Made by a program: the position numbers and the translations under genes. Positions 53,810 to 63,334 of a DNA stretch of 64,000 nt are shown piece by piece; the stretch's first letter is position 1; each line of letters opens with the position of its first letter. This stretch comes from Gemmatimonadales bacterium (GTDB lineage Bacteria > Gemmatimonadota > Gemmatimonadetes > Gemmatimonadales > GWC2-71-9). The stretch spans positions 2,517-66,516 of the forward strand of contig DASPXJ010000056.1 of the NCBI GenBank assembly GCA_035637355.1. Direction: 5' to 3'. The notes under the pieces were generated by a model. The model ran no database searches and was not told the DNA's origin. It was given only the letters and a program-made list of their open reading frames with translations.

Positions 53810-54921
53810 GAGCTGAGCTTCCTGACGGGCGCGACCGGTTTTGGTTTCCAGAGATCGATAGGCTTTGCTACCCCTTTCGGCCGGAACGGCAGCGCGACCT
53901 TACACCCCTGGCCCGCTGCGGCATACGCGGCGTACAGGACTTCCTGTACCACCCGCCCCGTCTCCCCATCGGAGATCGGCGTCTCTTTGCCGCGCACGCA
54001 TCGCGCGAAGTGCCGCATCTCCTGCGGGAAGCCGTAATTCCAGTGCTCCTCGAACACCGGATAGCTCCATCCCTTGGTCGATGCGGCTTTCTCGACGGCG
54101 TAGCCGAATCCGACTTCCGAATATGTCGGCAGCGCGTTGCCCATGAGCATGTCGGCGTAGGTCTGGCCCTTGTCGCCGAAGACTTCGATGCAGTCGTCCA
54201 TCCCGCCAGGCCGGTTCCAGCTGCTCTCCACCATGCCGACGGCGCCGTTCGCGAACTCGATGATCGTGACCGCTTCGTCCTCCCCCTGAGTGCGGTCGCC
54301 GTGGACCTGAGTCGCCATGTGCGAATACACGCTCGTGACTTTCGGTTTTCCGAGAAACCACCAGCAGAACGCGATGCCGTGGCAGCCTAGATCCATGACG
54401 GCGCCACCGCCGGACTGGGTGACGTCCCAGAACCAGTCGGAATGCGGGCCGGAATGTTTCTCTCCCTGCTTTACGAGGTGCACGCGGCCGAACGCTCCCT
54501 CATCAGCCATCTGCTTCGCCTTCACATATTTCGGCGCAAAGAACAGCTCTTCGGCGTAGAGCAGCAACACGCCCGCCTGGCGACATGCGTCGATCATCGC
54601 GTCCGCTTCCTCGAGGGTCATGCAGAGCGGCTTTTCGCAGACGACGTGCTTGCCGGCCTTGGCGGCAGCGATCGTGATCTCCGCGTGCAGCCGGTTCGGC
54701 GCCGTGATCGAGATCAGCTCGACCTCCGGGTTGTGCAGCAGCTCGTGGTAGTCGGTGTAAGCGTGGGGGATGCCGTGCCGTTTGGCAAAGGCCGCGGCGT
54801 TGCCTTTCGTCGGCGAGGCGACGGCGACGAGCTCGGCCTCCTCCGGCACCGCTTTCACCGCTGCGGCAATGCAGTCCGCCTGAAATCGCGATCCGATAAT
54901 GCCAACTTTGACCTTGGTCAT
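53806..54921 (-). CDS. Gfo/Idh/MocA-family oxidoreductase
   Basis: N-terminal Rossmann KVGIIGSRFQADC..., EKPL motif (VVCEKPLCMT), and typical length. Confidence 0.85.
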   Translation of the reverse strand: MTKVKVGIIGSRFQADCIAAAVKAVPEEAELVAVASPTKGNAAAFAKRHGIPHAYTDYHELLHNPEVELISITAPNRLHAEITIAAAKAGKHVVCEKPLCMTLEEADAMIDACRQAGVLLLYAEELFFAPKYVKAKQMADEGAFGRVHLVKQGEKHSGPHSDWFWDVTQSGGGAVMDLGCHGIAFCWWFLGKPKVTSVYSHMATQVHGDRTQGEDEAVTIIEFANGAVGMVESSWNRPGGMDDCIEVFGDKGQTYADMLMGNALPTYSEVGFGYAVEKAASTKGWSYPVFEEHWNYGFPQEMRHFARCVRGKETPISDGETGRVVQEVLYAAYAAAGQGCKVALPFRPKGVAKPIDLWKPKPVAPVRKLSS

Positions 54922-54990
54922 GACGGCATTCTATCGCAGCAAAACGTTCTTGGTAACGTTTGACTGACTGGCGGCATTTGTCCTATCAGC

Positions 54991-55509
54991 ATGACCATAC
55001 CAGCAGTGAGACCGTCGAGCCTCCCGCGCGTGGATGCCCAGGCGCTAGGCACGTTGTACGACACGTACGCAAGCCGACTCTTTCGCCTCGCCTATCGGCT
55101 GCTCGGAACGCGCGAAGATGCGGAGGATGTAGTGCACGACGTGTTCGTGGGGCTACCCGAAGCGCTGGGGCATTATGAGGAACGCGGCCGTCTCGACGCC
55201 TGGCTGCGACGGGTGACGGTGCGGGTGGCGTTGATGCGCCAGCGCACGCGCGAACGGCGCCGCGAGATATCACTCCACAGCGCCGCGGATGTCCCGACGC
55301 CCCCAGGGCTTACGCCGGAACAGATGACGCTGCACGCGGCAGTGAACGCGCTTCCCGGAGCGCTCCGCAGCGTGCTCGTGCTCAAGGAAATGGAAGGGTA
55401 TAGCCATGCCGAAATCGCGGCACTGCTCGGCATCAGCGCGGTGACGTCGCGAGTTCGACTGTATCGCGCGATCAAACGCGTGCGCCAGCGAATGGAGGAT
55501 CGCCCATGA
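54991..55509 (+). CDS. ECF-type RNA polymerase sigma factor
   Basis: Region 2 (RLAYRLLGTREDAEDVVHDVF, DAWLRRVTVRVAL) and region 4 (GYSHAEIAALLGISAVTSRVRLYRA). Confidence 0.9.
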   Translation: MTIPAVRPSSLPRVDAQALGTLYDTYASRLFRLAYRLLGTREDAEDVVHDVFVGLPEALGHYEERGRLDAWLRRVTVRVALMRQRTRERRREISLHSAADVPTPPGLTPEQMTLHAAVNALPGALRSVLVLKEMEGYSHAEIAALLGISAVTSRVRLYRAIKRVRQRMEDRP

Positions 55510-56471
55510 CGACGGACTTTCGAGCGAAGCTGCAGGAACTGCCGGCCCCCGAACCGCGGGTCGAGCTGCGTGAGCGGATCCTCGCCAGCCGGGCGACGGG
55601 AGCGCGTGTGGTCCTGCCGGCGGATCGCCATCCATCGCGCCTGACTGCGCCGAGGGCGATCGCCGCGGCGATTGTGCTGACGATCCTCACATGGGGTGTC
55701 TACAGCGTGTTTGTCGGCCGTGAGGAGGAAATTCCGTCAGGCTCGGCGGTCTTCGCCGGCAGCCTGCTGTGGCCGACGCGGGCACTGGGTCAGGAAGTCG
55801 GGACATCGGATACCGTGGGCCGCGCCCGCTATCCGCTGCTCGACCGTGTGCCGTTGCGAGCATTGCAATCAGGCTCCTGGAGCTACCGGGCAACGATGAC
55901 GACGGATGGCCTGGTCACCACGGAGCAGGGCATCCGGACGTTCTCCATCGCGCCGACGACGGTCCACGGGGTCCCGGCACTGGCGATCGTCACGTACGGG
56001 ACCGGACGCTACGCCCCGGAGGGGTTCACCGACTCTCTGGTCGTGAGTCGAGATTCACTGCGGCTGCTACGACGCACGAAACGTTTTGGGCGCTATCCCG
56101 GCGGGGGGGACTTCCCTGCCGAGCCGCCGCGGTATCTGTCGTGGCGGGAGGCGGACATCAACTGGGTGGGCTCGGCGTATCGCGCGCTGTTTCAGCTGAC
56201 GCCGCTCAACAGCTCGTGGCGCGGCAGCGTCTACGTACCGTGGATCACATACCCCAACCGCGTGCGGGCACTTGCGATCGACCTCCGCGTGACCGGCAGT
56301 GAGCGTGTCACGTCGCCCGCGGGAAGCTACGACACGTGGGTCGTCAGCGTGCGCTTCCGCAACGATGAAGCGCGGGTCTACGTCAGCAAGGATCGCGGGT
56401 TCGTCGTCAAAACCGCTATGCCGATGGGGGAGGATGCTGTCTGGGAGCAGGTGCTGACCGGAGGGTCCTAA
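55506..56471 (+). CDS. membrane-anchored protein, probable anti-sigma factor partner
   Basis: 4-nt overlap with the sigma gene. Short cytoplasmic N-terminus, one TM helix (AIAAAIVLTILTWGVYSVF), and a large extracytoplasmic domain of unknown family. Confidence 0.5.
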   Translation: MTTDFRAKLQELPAPEPRVELRERILASRATGARVVLPADRHPSRLTAPRAIAAAIVLTILTWGVYSVFVGREEEIPSGSAVFAGSLLWPTRALGQEVGTSDTVGRARYPLLDRVPLRALQSGSWSYRATMTTDGLVTTEQGIRTFSIAPTTVHGVPALAIVTYGTGRYAPEGFTDSLVVSRDSLRLLRRTKRFGRYPGGGDFPAEPPRYLSWREADINWVGSAYRALFQLTPLNSSWRGSVYVPWITYPNRVRALAIDLRVTGSERVTSPAGSYDTWVVSVRFRNDEARVYVSKDRGFVVKTAMPMGEDAVWEQVLTGGS

Positions 56472-56476
56472 GCCCA

Positions 56477-56938
56477 TCAAAACGGCATTCTGGGCCCTAA
56501 CTGCATGTCTTGCGGCGTCGGCGCGAGGGAGTCGGGATTCGCCGGCAGCGTGAAGCGAACGTAGGTCCCATCGAACGTTCCCGGGAATCGCGGCATGCGC
56601 GTAGTGTCCGGTATCAGCACAAAGTCACGACCGGTCGACGTGTAGTCGCCCTCGATGAACGATTCCCAGTATGTGTAGCCGCCCCCTGAGGCAGAGCAGT
56701 TGTCGATGAAGTTGATGGACAGCTCGAATTGGTGAAACCGTCGCCCCAGGGCCATGATGGCATAGGTCATGAGCCGAGTGCACGCGGCGGTGGAATCGAC
56801 GACCCGGGGGGGATCAAACGAGTGGGAATACGATGCGTCACCCGGATCCAATACCGCGATGCCCGACGTGTCTCCCGAGCATGACGCGGCCAAGAACCCA
56901 ACGACGATCAGTGTGAGTTTTACCGGCGTGTGTCCCAT
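56477..56938 (-). CDS. lipoprotein, function unknown
   Basis: Trimmed to MGHTPVKLTLIVVGFLAASC (lipobox LAASC). Confidence 0.5.
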   Translation of the reverse strand: MGHTPVKLTLIVVGFLAASCSGDTSGIAVLDPGDASYSHSFDPPRVVDSTAACTRLMTYAIMALGRRFHQFELSINFIDNCSASGGGYTYWESFIEGDYTSTGRDFVLIPDTTRMPRFPGTFDGTYVRFTLPANPDSLAPTPQDMQLGPRMPF

Positions 56939-57990
56939 ACGGCGACTCCTACCCGCGAATCGGCGGTGCCATAGTAGAGATACCACCGTCCCCTGAACGG
57001 CACGAGGCCTTCCACGAACGTCGTACCCTCTGAATACTGACCGGTTCGCTCATAACTCTCGGTCGGACGGATGAACGGCGTGCCCGACCGCGCGATCAGC
57101 TTCAGCGGATTGCGGGCGTCAAACAACGCCTGGCCACCCGTGTACACGCGCGCCGGCAGCGTCGAATCGCCGTACGTCCTGTCGTTCCCCGCATTATAAA
57201 GCACGACGATGCCGTGAGCGGTGAGCAGCGCGGGCGGACCAGCTTCGACCAGCCAGGAATCGAAATAGCCCGGACGCGGTGACAGCACCTTCATGAGCCG
57301 GCCATCGGCGTCTTGCAACGGGGTCCAGTCGATCAGGTTGTCGGAAGTGGCTAGGGCCAAATCGGGGACGCCAAAATACATCCAGTACTTGCCATTCACA
57401 CGGGTTGCGATGAGGCGATCGCCTTCGACTCGGCTGAGAATGGCGCCGGATTTGGACTCGAAGCGTAAATACTTGCCGCCGGCGGCGTGAGCAAACGCCG
57501 GTCCGTGCTTTGTCCACACGATGAGGTCGCGCGAGGTCGCTACGGCCAGCCGCGGCACGTCGCGGTTCCACTGCGTGTATGTCAGCACGTACATGCCGTC
57601 ATTCGACTCGACGATGCGCGGATCCTCGACACCACCGGGCCACTCATTCTGCCGCTGTGCATCGCTGTCAGGATAGAGCACGGGGGTCGCACGCCGCGTG
57701 AAGTGCAGACCGTCGCTGCTTTCGGCCAGGCCGAGTCGCGACGTGTGGCCACCGATCTGCCGCTCGCCGCTGGCATCCTCGGCGCGATAGAGGAGAAAGA
57801 CCCTTCCGTCTTTTACGACAGCGGCCGGATTGAAAGTCGCGTATTCCTCCCAGGCGACGACGCTGTCGATCATCGGCGAGCGGAAATGAGCAGTTGGGTT
57901 CGGCGTGATGACGGGGTTTACGTCGGCCGGCTTCGTGAAGGGACCGAACATCCATGATTGCTGCACGAGAACCAGCGCAGCCCACATCAT
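56920..57990 (-). CDS. glycoside hydrolase family 130-like (DUF377) protein, secreted
   Basis: FNPAAVVKDGRVFLLYRAED..., SRLGLAESSDGLHF, GGVEDPRIV and LAVATSRDLIVW match the GH130 five-bladed propeller pattern. Start set at MMWAALVLV (57990). Confidence 0.7.
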   Translation of the reverse strand: MMWAALVLVQQSWMFGPFTKPADVNPVITPNPTAHFRSPMIDSVVAWEEYATFNPAAVVKDGRVFLLYRAEDASGERQIGGHTSRLGLAESSDGLHFTRRATPVLYPDSDAQRQNEWPGGVEDPRIVESNDGMYVLTYTQWNRDVPRLAVATSRDLIVWTKHGPAFAHAAGGKYLRFESKSGAILSRVEGDRLIATRVNGKYWMYFGVPDLALATSDNLIDWTPLQDADGRLMKVLSPRPGYFDSWLVEAGPPALLTAHGIVVLYNAGNDRTYGDSTLPARVYTGGQALFDARNPLKLIARSGTPFIRPTESYERTGQYSEGTTFVEGLVPFRGRWYLYYGTADSRVGVAVWDTRR

Positions 57991-58733
57991 CGTTTGAAGT
58001 AGTCTCGACCAAACAAGAAATGGCTGATGCGGGACTTCGTCGTCGGTCGCGCGATACCCCAGATCGGCGCGGTGCCGTGGCGCTTGCAGGCGGTGATGGG
58101 ACCGTAGCGGCCCCACGAGAATCCCTGCCCCGTCGTCGCTCGACGCAGGTCGATGATCTCGAAATCGGGTGTCAGTGTCGCCGCGAATGCCGCCAGCTCC
58201 GGATCAGTCGAGCGGGCGGCGTCCGCCTGGCTGATCAGGTCGGGGTTGTGGCGCCAGATGTGCAGCGACGCGTCTTCATGCACGATATCCACCGGGCTGC
58301 GCCGTCCCGGCTGCCACATCTGGATCGCTTCTCGCAGGAACTGTTCGACGGTTGAGGCCTGATACACGATCACCGGCGGGTCATGACAGGCATACCAGAC
58401 GGGGCTCCAGGACCTGGAGTCGGGATGCAAGTCCACCACCCAAAAATTCCCGTAGCCATCACCGGCGATAGAATGGGCCGACGGGAAAACCTCCTCCAGG
58501 CCGAAGCCATTCAGGCCAAGCAGGGTGAACGACTCGAGCGGCCCGTTGACCAGGCCAATGGACACGCTGAGCGCGGCGCGGATGTCCGCGGGCAACGCCG
58601 CGGGAAGCCTCGCCTCGAGCGCGCTGACCTCGGCGTCCGTCGCCGGCGGCAGCAGCTCGAGGATCTCCACTGCGCCGTCTTCATCGCGCAGTTCCAGGCC
58701 ACGAAGCTGCTCGAGTGTGTCAGCGAGCATCAA
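57987..58733 (-). CDS. SMI1/KNR4 (SUKH-1) family protein
   Basis: ATDAEVSALEARLPAALPADIRAAL... then GDGYGNFWVVDL is typical of SUKH-1 immunity-type domains. Confidence 0.6.
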   Translation of the reverse strand: MMLADTLEQLRGLELRDEDGAVEILELLPPATDAEVSALEARLPAALPADIRAALSVSIGLVNGPLESFTLLGLNGFGLEEVFPSAHSIAGDGYGNFWVVDLHPDSRSWSPVWYACHDPPVIVYQASTVEQFLREAIQMWQPGRRSPVDIVHEDASLHIWRHNPDLISQADAARSTDPELAAFAATLTPDFEIIDLRRATTGQGFSWGRYGPITACKRHGTAPIWGIARPTTKSRISHFLFGRDYFKR

Positions 58734-58751
58734 CGAATCGAAACGCTCCAG

Positions 58752-59102
58752 TCATTGTCCGCGCTCCGGCGGCACGCGGCGCGGTTCCGATCCTTGTACC
58801 AGCCGCCGTTCCACGAAGTCCAGGCGCTCCTGCGTTTCGCTCAATTCCTGCCGCAGCTTGCTCAGCTCGTCCTCGAATGCTTCGAACCGCTCCGCGTCAG
58901 GTGCTTCGAGCCGCGCGCCGGCCTCCCCCTCGCGGCGACGCCGTTGCAGACGCTGCGCCCAGAGTCCGAAGCCGAGCGCGAGCGTCGCATGGACGCCGGC
59001 ATGCCATGGTTCGGTCCCTCCCGCCGCGAAGCCTACCGCAACCAGGTTGGCGGCGCTCAGCAGGATGGCGATCGGCAGCCAGGTCGCGGGCTTGAAGGTC
59101 AT
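58752..59102 (-). CDS. small membrane protein with a C-terminal coiled coil
   Basis: Trimmed to MTFKPATW... Two hydrophobic helices followed by FEAFEDELSKLRQELSETQERLDFVERRL. Confidence 0.45.
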   Translation of the reverse strand: MTFKPATWLPIAILLSAANLVAVGFAAGGTEPWHAGVHATLALGFGLWAQRLQRRRREGEAGARLEAPDAERFEAFEDELSKLRQELSETQERLDFVERRLVQGSEPRRVPPERGQ

Positions 59103-59653
59103 GAACGAATGTATCCCTCCCACTTCGAGGCATCCACGCCCTTAACGATGAGCCATACTGTCAGCGAGCCTTCGCCCAGAACCGCGATTGGGATGATGAA
59201 GGGTGACAGATGGGCACCGAAAGCGGGGGACAACAGGTTCGCGAACGAGCTGATTACATAGCTCGATCCCCCGATCGCCAACAAGACGCCCAGTATCTGG
59301 GGGAGGAACGTCGACCGCACAATCAAGTATCCGACCGAAGCGATCTGAAATCCGAAATGCACCATGGCTATGGAGAAGCCCTGCCCCTGGCCGTTATCGA
59401 GGGCGTCGCCGGCGCCGCTGGCCACACCCACAAGACCGCAAAAGGCGGCAAATAGTGCGACGCTTTGGTTGACCGGCTTGAGCAGCTCGTAGAGCAGACC
59501 GGTCACGCCGATATAACACACACCGGCGAAGAGATTGGCGACCAGCGCGAGACGCGGCTGTGTGGCCCGGACGGCGAAGGCGACCATACCGGCCGCAATG
59601 ACCAGCAACCACAACCAACCGGCGACTCGAGCAGAGCGACGAGGTTCGGTCAT
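59099..59653 (-). CDS. DUF4386 family membrane protein
   Basis: Trimmed to MTEPRRSARVAGWLWLL... (ATG 59653, coupled to the upstream stop). Paralogous pattern to the upstream gene. Confidence 0.6.
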   Translation of the reverse strand: MTEPRRSARVAGWLWLLVIAAGMVAFAVRATQPRLALVANLFAGVCYIGVTGLLYELLKPVNQSVALFAAFCGLVGVASGAGDALDNGQGQGFSIAMVHFGFQIASVGYLIVRSTFLPQILGVLLAIGGSSYVISSFANLLSPAFGAHLSPFIIPIAVLGEGSLTVWLIVKGVDASKWEGYIRS

Positions 59654-60306
59654 CGCGCCTCCAATGGTGCGACACCCTTGATGAGGAGCCAGAACCCGAG
59701 CGGAATCTCGTACGCCGCCATGGGCAACCACATGAGTTGCGTGACCGCCCCGTGCAGCAATCCTCCGAGCTGCAGCGGCAGACCCACCACGATCAAGATA
59801 GAGGCGACCACGCCAAGCCACGCCAGCGGGACGGGAATCATCCGGCCACGCAGCAGCAGCCAGGAAAAGAGCGTGCTGCCGAGGGCGAAGAAGCTCGCAG
59901 CGACAAGCGGACTGTCCTCCAGCACGAACCCGGCGAGCGTTTGTGCTGACGCGGGGTCTGGTGCGCTCGTCGCGAGCCAAAGCAGCCCCAGCGATGCCGG
60001 AATGGAGACGGCGCCGGTCACGCCCTCGGCGACGCGGCAGGTCAGTCCCAGCATCGCGAGATCGGCATCCTGGTCGCGCGTAATCGCCCACAGGCTCACC
60101 GCGAGCGCCAGCGCGCAGAAGCTGCTAAACAGGGAGAGGACGGCGGCGACGTGCACATCCGTAGCGTGTTGGGCGACGGAGGCGAGTTTCGCCGCCATCC
60201 CCTCGCCGCTGGTGGCGCGGCTCATCAGGACCATGCTCGGAAATGCGACGGCGATGTAGAAGAGGTAGGCGAAGCCGGCGAGGCGCGCGTTGTTCCTGCG
60301 AGTCAT
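59650..60306 (-). CDS. DUF4386 family membrane protein
   Basis: RRNNARLAGFAYLFYIAVAF... and a C-terminal ...YEIPLGFWLLIKG are typical of DUF4386. Confidence 0.6.
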   Translation of the reverse strand: MTRRNNARLAGFAYLFYIAVAFPSMVLMSRATSGEGMAAKLASVAQHATDVHVAAVLSLFSSFCALALAVSLWAITRDQDADLAMLGLTCRVAEGVTGAVSIPASLGLLWLATSAPDPASAQTLAGFVLEDSPLVAASFFALGSTLFSWLLLRGRMIPVPLAWLGVVASILIVVGLPLQLGGLLHGAVTQLMWLPMAAYEIPLGFWLLIKGVAPLEAR

Positions 60307-60385
60307 GTCCGCTCCGGCGAAGGTGTAGAGGCCCTACGGGACCCGATGTTGCGAGATTCAACGGAATGCCAGCAAACTAGGGCAT

Positions 60386-61225
60386 ATGAAAAAATCGATC
60401 GGCGACAACATGATTCCGAAGGACTGGGGATTCGAAAGAGGCCTGGACCTCGTCAAGCGAGCCGGATTCGAGGGCATCGAGCTGTGGCTGGGCGACGTCC
60501 CCTGGTTTCAGATGACCACCACCGACACGCAGGTGCGAGAGCTGCGGCGCAAAGTCGAGAACGCCGGGCTCGTCGTATCCAACGTCTCGACCGGATTGCA
60601 TTGGGCATCGCCCCTGTCCGCGCGCGACCCCGCCGTTCGCGCGCAAGCGGCACGCATCGTGGAGCGGGAAATCGAGACGGCGGTGCTGCTCGGCAGCGAC
60701 GCCATCCTCCTGGTGGCGGGGCTCGTGACCGAGGAGGTCCCCTACAACGAGGTCTACCAGCGCTGCGTGGAGTCGCTCAAGCCGCTCGGCGAGAAAGCCG
60801 CACGCGCCGGCGTTCGGATCGGCTGTGAGAACTGCAACGCCGAGCACCACTTTCTCATCAGCCCGCGCGAGTTCTGGCAATTTCTCAACGACGTGAACAG
60901 CGCCGCCGTGGGGATTCATCTCGACGTCGGCAACATCCACGACACCGGATTTGCCGAACAGTGGATCGAGATCCACGGGCCGAAAATCACCCGCATTCAC
61001 CTGAAGGACGTGCTGAAGCATCGCGGGCGCTGCGGCGATCAGAGCGTGTACACCAACCTCTTTCTGGGCGACAACAATTGGCCCGCCATTCGCGCCGCGA
61101 TGACCAAGGTGGGGTACGACGGCTGGCTCATCGCGGAAATGGAGGCGCGCTACCGCTACGCGCCGGATCAGCAGTTCTACGACACCGCGCAGGCGATGGA
61201 CCGCCTGATTGCGGGAAGGCTCTAG
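60386..61225 (+). CDS. sugar phosphate isomerase/epimerase (xylose isomerase-like TIM barrel)
   Basis: GFEGIELW, ...IGCENC..., HLDVGN, HLKD and AEME conserved metal-ligand positions. Confidence 0.8.
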   Translation: MKKSIGDNMIPKDWGFERGLDLVKRAGFEGIELWLGDVPWFQMTTTDTQVRELRRKVENAGLVVSNVSTGLHWASPLSARDPAVRAQAARIVEREIETAVLLGSDAILLVAGLVTEEVPYNEVYQRCVESLKPLGEKAARAGVRIGCENCNAEHHFLISPREFWQFLNDVNSAAVGIHLDVGNIHDTGFAEQWIEIHGPKITRIHLKDVLKHRGRCGDQSVYTNLFLGDNNWPAIRAAMTKVGYDGWLIAEMEARYRYAPDQQFYDTAQAMDRLIAGRL

Positions 61226-61226
61226 C

Positions 61227-61874
61227 GTGGACTTGAGCCGGCGCGAATTCCTCAGTTGCGCCGCTGCAGCGATGAGCCTCCGGCTGCCGATCCCATCGCC
61301 CGTGGCCCACACGGTGCGGCACGTTGGCTGCATTCTTCCCGTTGCGGGCCAATGCTCGCTGCCCGAATCAGTCTCGGGATTCCACGCCGCGCTCGATAAC
61401 GAGCCTCGCGCCGTGCTGGGGCACCTCGTCGTCGTCCCGGCGTTATTGGAGCTGCCGCCGGATTTCGCCCGAGGAATCGTGTCGTGGCTCCGACACGGAG
61501 CGACCGTGATCGTCGAATCGGGCGCAGCTTTCACGGGGCAGCTGAGTTTCCGCCGGCACCGTCGTTCGCTGCGCGACGGCCTGCAACTCGCCGTCCACGC
61601 CCCCGTGAGGCTGTGGTCCGAACAGCGCCCATCCCGGCGCACCCCGTATGTCGACTACACCTGGCCCCATCCCGCCAAGATCCGCGATTTCAGCCGCGTA
61701 GTACCGCTCGGGGACCAGCCCGGCGAAATCATCGCGCGGGCGGATGGTCTGCCGGTGGCACTCAAGCGCCGGACCGGGCCAGGCACTTTGATCTACCTCG
61801 GCTCCCCGCTCGGCCCGGCGCTCTGGGCGGGGGACGTCGCCGCCAAACGCTGGTTGCTTTCCATCCTGGCATGA
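61227..61874 (+). CDS. Tat-signal protein, function unknown
   Basis: In-frame GTG at 61227, just after the upstream stop. The SRREFLSCAAAAMSL twin-arginine motif is at the N-terminus. Confidence 0.5.
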   Translation: MDLSRREFLSCAAAAMSLRLPIPSPVAHTVRHVGCILPVAGQCSLPESVSGFHAALDNEPRAVLGHLVVVPALLELPPDFARGIVSWLRHGATVIVESGAAFTGQLSFRRHRRSLRDGLQLAVHAPVRLWSEQRPSRRTPYVDYTWPHPAKIRDFSRVVPLGDQPGEIIARADGLPVALKRRTGPGTLIYLGSPLGPALWAGDVAAKRWLLSILA

Positions 61875-63334
61875 TCGCTGTCCTGGCGCTGTGCGTCGCG
61901 ACGACGCTCGCCGCGCAGGGTAGGAATGCGCACGAGCTGGTGTGGGGCGGAGACGCCGAGGGCGGTGCCCCGTTCGTGGAAGCCGACCCGGCCAATCCAT
62001 CGCAGGTGCGCGGCTTCGACGTGGAGGTCGCCGGCCGCATCGCCCACGGGCTGGGTCGCCGCAGCGCGCGGTTTCTCCAGGTCCAGTGGTCCAACATCGA
62101 TCAATCCGTCGAACGCGGGGACTTCGTACTCGGCCTCTCCGGCGTGGAAGACACGCCGGCGCGTCGCGCTCGACACGCCGTCACCCTGCCCTACTTCGAG
62201 TTCCGCGAAGTGCTCGCCGTGCGACCGGAAGACCGGGACCGGGTCCATGGCCTAGCCGACCTGCGTGGCCGGCGTGTCGCGACGCTCGGCGCCACGATTG
62301 CGTACGATTTGCTCGTCACCGCGCGCGGCTCCGCCGGCGTGATCCCCGTCTCCTACGACGACGACGTACACCCCTACGCCGACCTCGTCGCGGGTCGAGT
62401 CGACGCGGTGTTGCTCGACCACATCATCGCGCAACGTGCCCTGCGCAGGCGCGGCGGATCGGGGTTCGTGATCCTCGCGCAACCTGTCGCCATCAGCCAT
62501 TACGTGGGCGTGCTGGCCCGCGCCGATTCCGTGCTGCGTGACTCGGTGGACGCGGTGCTGCGGGAGGCGATGCGCGACGGCAGCCTGGAGCAGATCTTCC
62601 GCCGCTGGAGTGTGTGGGACCCGAGCCAGCTCACACTGTTCGATCGCGTCCTGCGCTCCAGCGCGATGACGCCGGCCGCTCCAGCGGCAGCGACGCAGGC
62701 CGTCGCCTATCTCCCTTCGCTCGCCCGCGCGGCCGCAGTGACGCTGCTGGTGTCGCTCTTGTCCATGGCACTGGCGGTCGTCGTCGGACTCGTATTGGCG
62801 TCGGGCCGCTTGTACGGCCCGGTGTGGCTGCGGTTCCTGACCACCATCTACATCGAGGTGATTCGCGGCACGCCACTCCTGCTGCAGTTGTTCGTCATCT
62901 ATTACGGGTTGGCCGGCGTCGTACGGCTGCCGGCGTTCCTCGCCGCGGTTCTGGCCCTGGGCCTGAACTACGCGGCCTACGAGGCCGAGATCTATCGCGG
63001 CGCGCTCGAGGCGGTGCCGCGGGCGCAGCTCGAGGCCGCGCGCACGCTCGGTTTCTCGGAGGCGCAGATCCTCCGCCTGGTGCGCGGCCCGCAGGCGCTT
63101 CGCTATGCGCTTGCGCCAATGACCAACGACTTCGTCGCCCTGCTCAAGGATTCCGCTCTCGTGTCGGTCATTACGGTTGTCGAGCTGACCAAGGAGACGG
63201 CGATCTACGCGACCAACATCGGAAGCTGGGTTGTCCCCGGGGTGCTCTGCGCTCTCGTGTACCTGGTGATGTCGCTGCCGCTGGCGCGCCTGGCCCGCCG
63301 GCTCGAGCACCGCTGGGGAGGACGAGCAGCGTGA
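61871..63334 (+). CDS. amino-acid ABC transporter, fused substrate-binding (family 3) and permease protein
   Basis: ATG 61871 overlaps the upstream stop. The SBP part has GFDVEVA...SNIDQSVERGDFVLGLSG. The permease part has IRGTPLLLQLFVIYYGL and EAARTLGFS (EAA loop). Confidence 0.8.
   Translation: MIAVLALCVATTLAAQGRNAHELVWGGDAEGGAPFVEADPANPSQVRGFDVEVAGRIAHGLGRRSARFLQVQWSNIDQSVERGDFVLGLSGVEDTPARRARHAVTLPYFEFREVLAVRPEDRDRVHGLADLRGRRVATLGATIAYDLLVTARGSAGVIPVSYDDDVHPYADLVAGRVDAVLLDHIIAQRALRRRGGSGFVILAQPVAISHYVGVLARADSVLRDSVDAVLREAMRDGSLEQIFRRWSVWDPSQLTLFDRVLRSSAMTPAAPAAATQAVAYLPSLARAAAVTLLVSLLSMALAVVVGLVLASGRLYGPVWLRFLTTIYIEVIRGTPLLLQLFVIYYGLAGVVRLPAFLAAVLALGLNYAAYEAEIYRGALEAVPRAQLEAARTLGFSEAQILRLVRGPQALRYALAPMTNDFVALLKDSALVSVITVVELTKETAIYATNIGSWVVPGVLCALVYLVMSLPLARLARRLEHRWGGRAA

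Noticed and set aside
54922-54990. ECF-type autoregulated promoter (AAC-N16/17-CGT) upstream of the sigma factor gene
   Set aside because: An AAC...TC spacing can be forced around GTAACGTTTGAC...TGTCC. The match is weak and I cannot distinguish it from chance without a genome-wide motif model.
7497-56109. Apparent enrichment of G8-G9 homopolymer runs (7497..7504, 39432..39440, 49242..49249, 51521..51537, 51785..51801, 56103..56109)
   Set aside because: A rough Bernoulli estimate for about 34% G predicts on the order of 7 runs of 8 or more per strand in 64 kb, so the count is not remarkable. Only the tandem (G8C)x3 in ruvX and the Pro-coding tracts in the NYN gene stand out, and those are reported separately.
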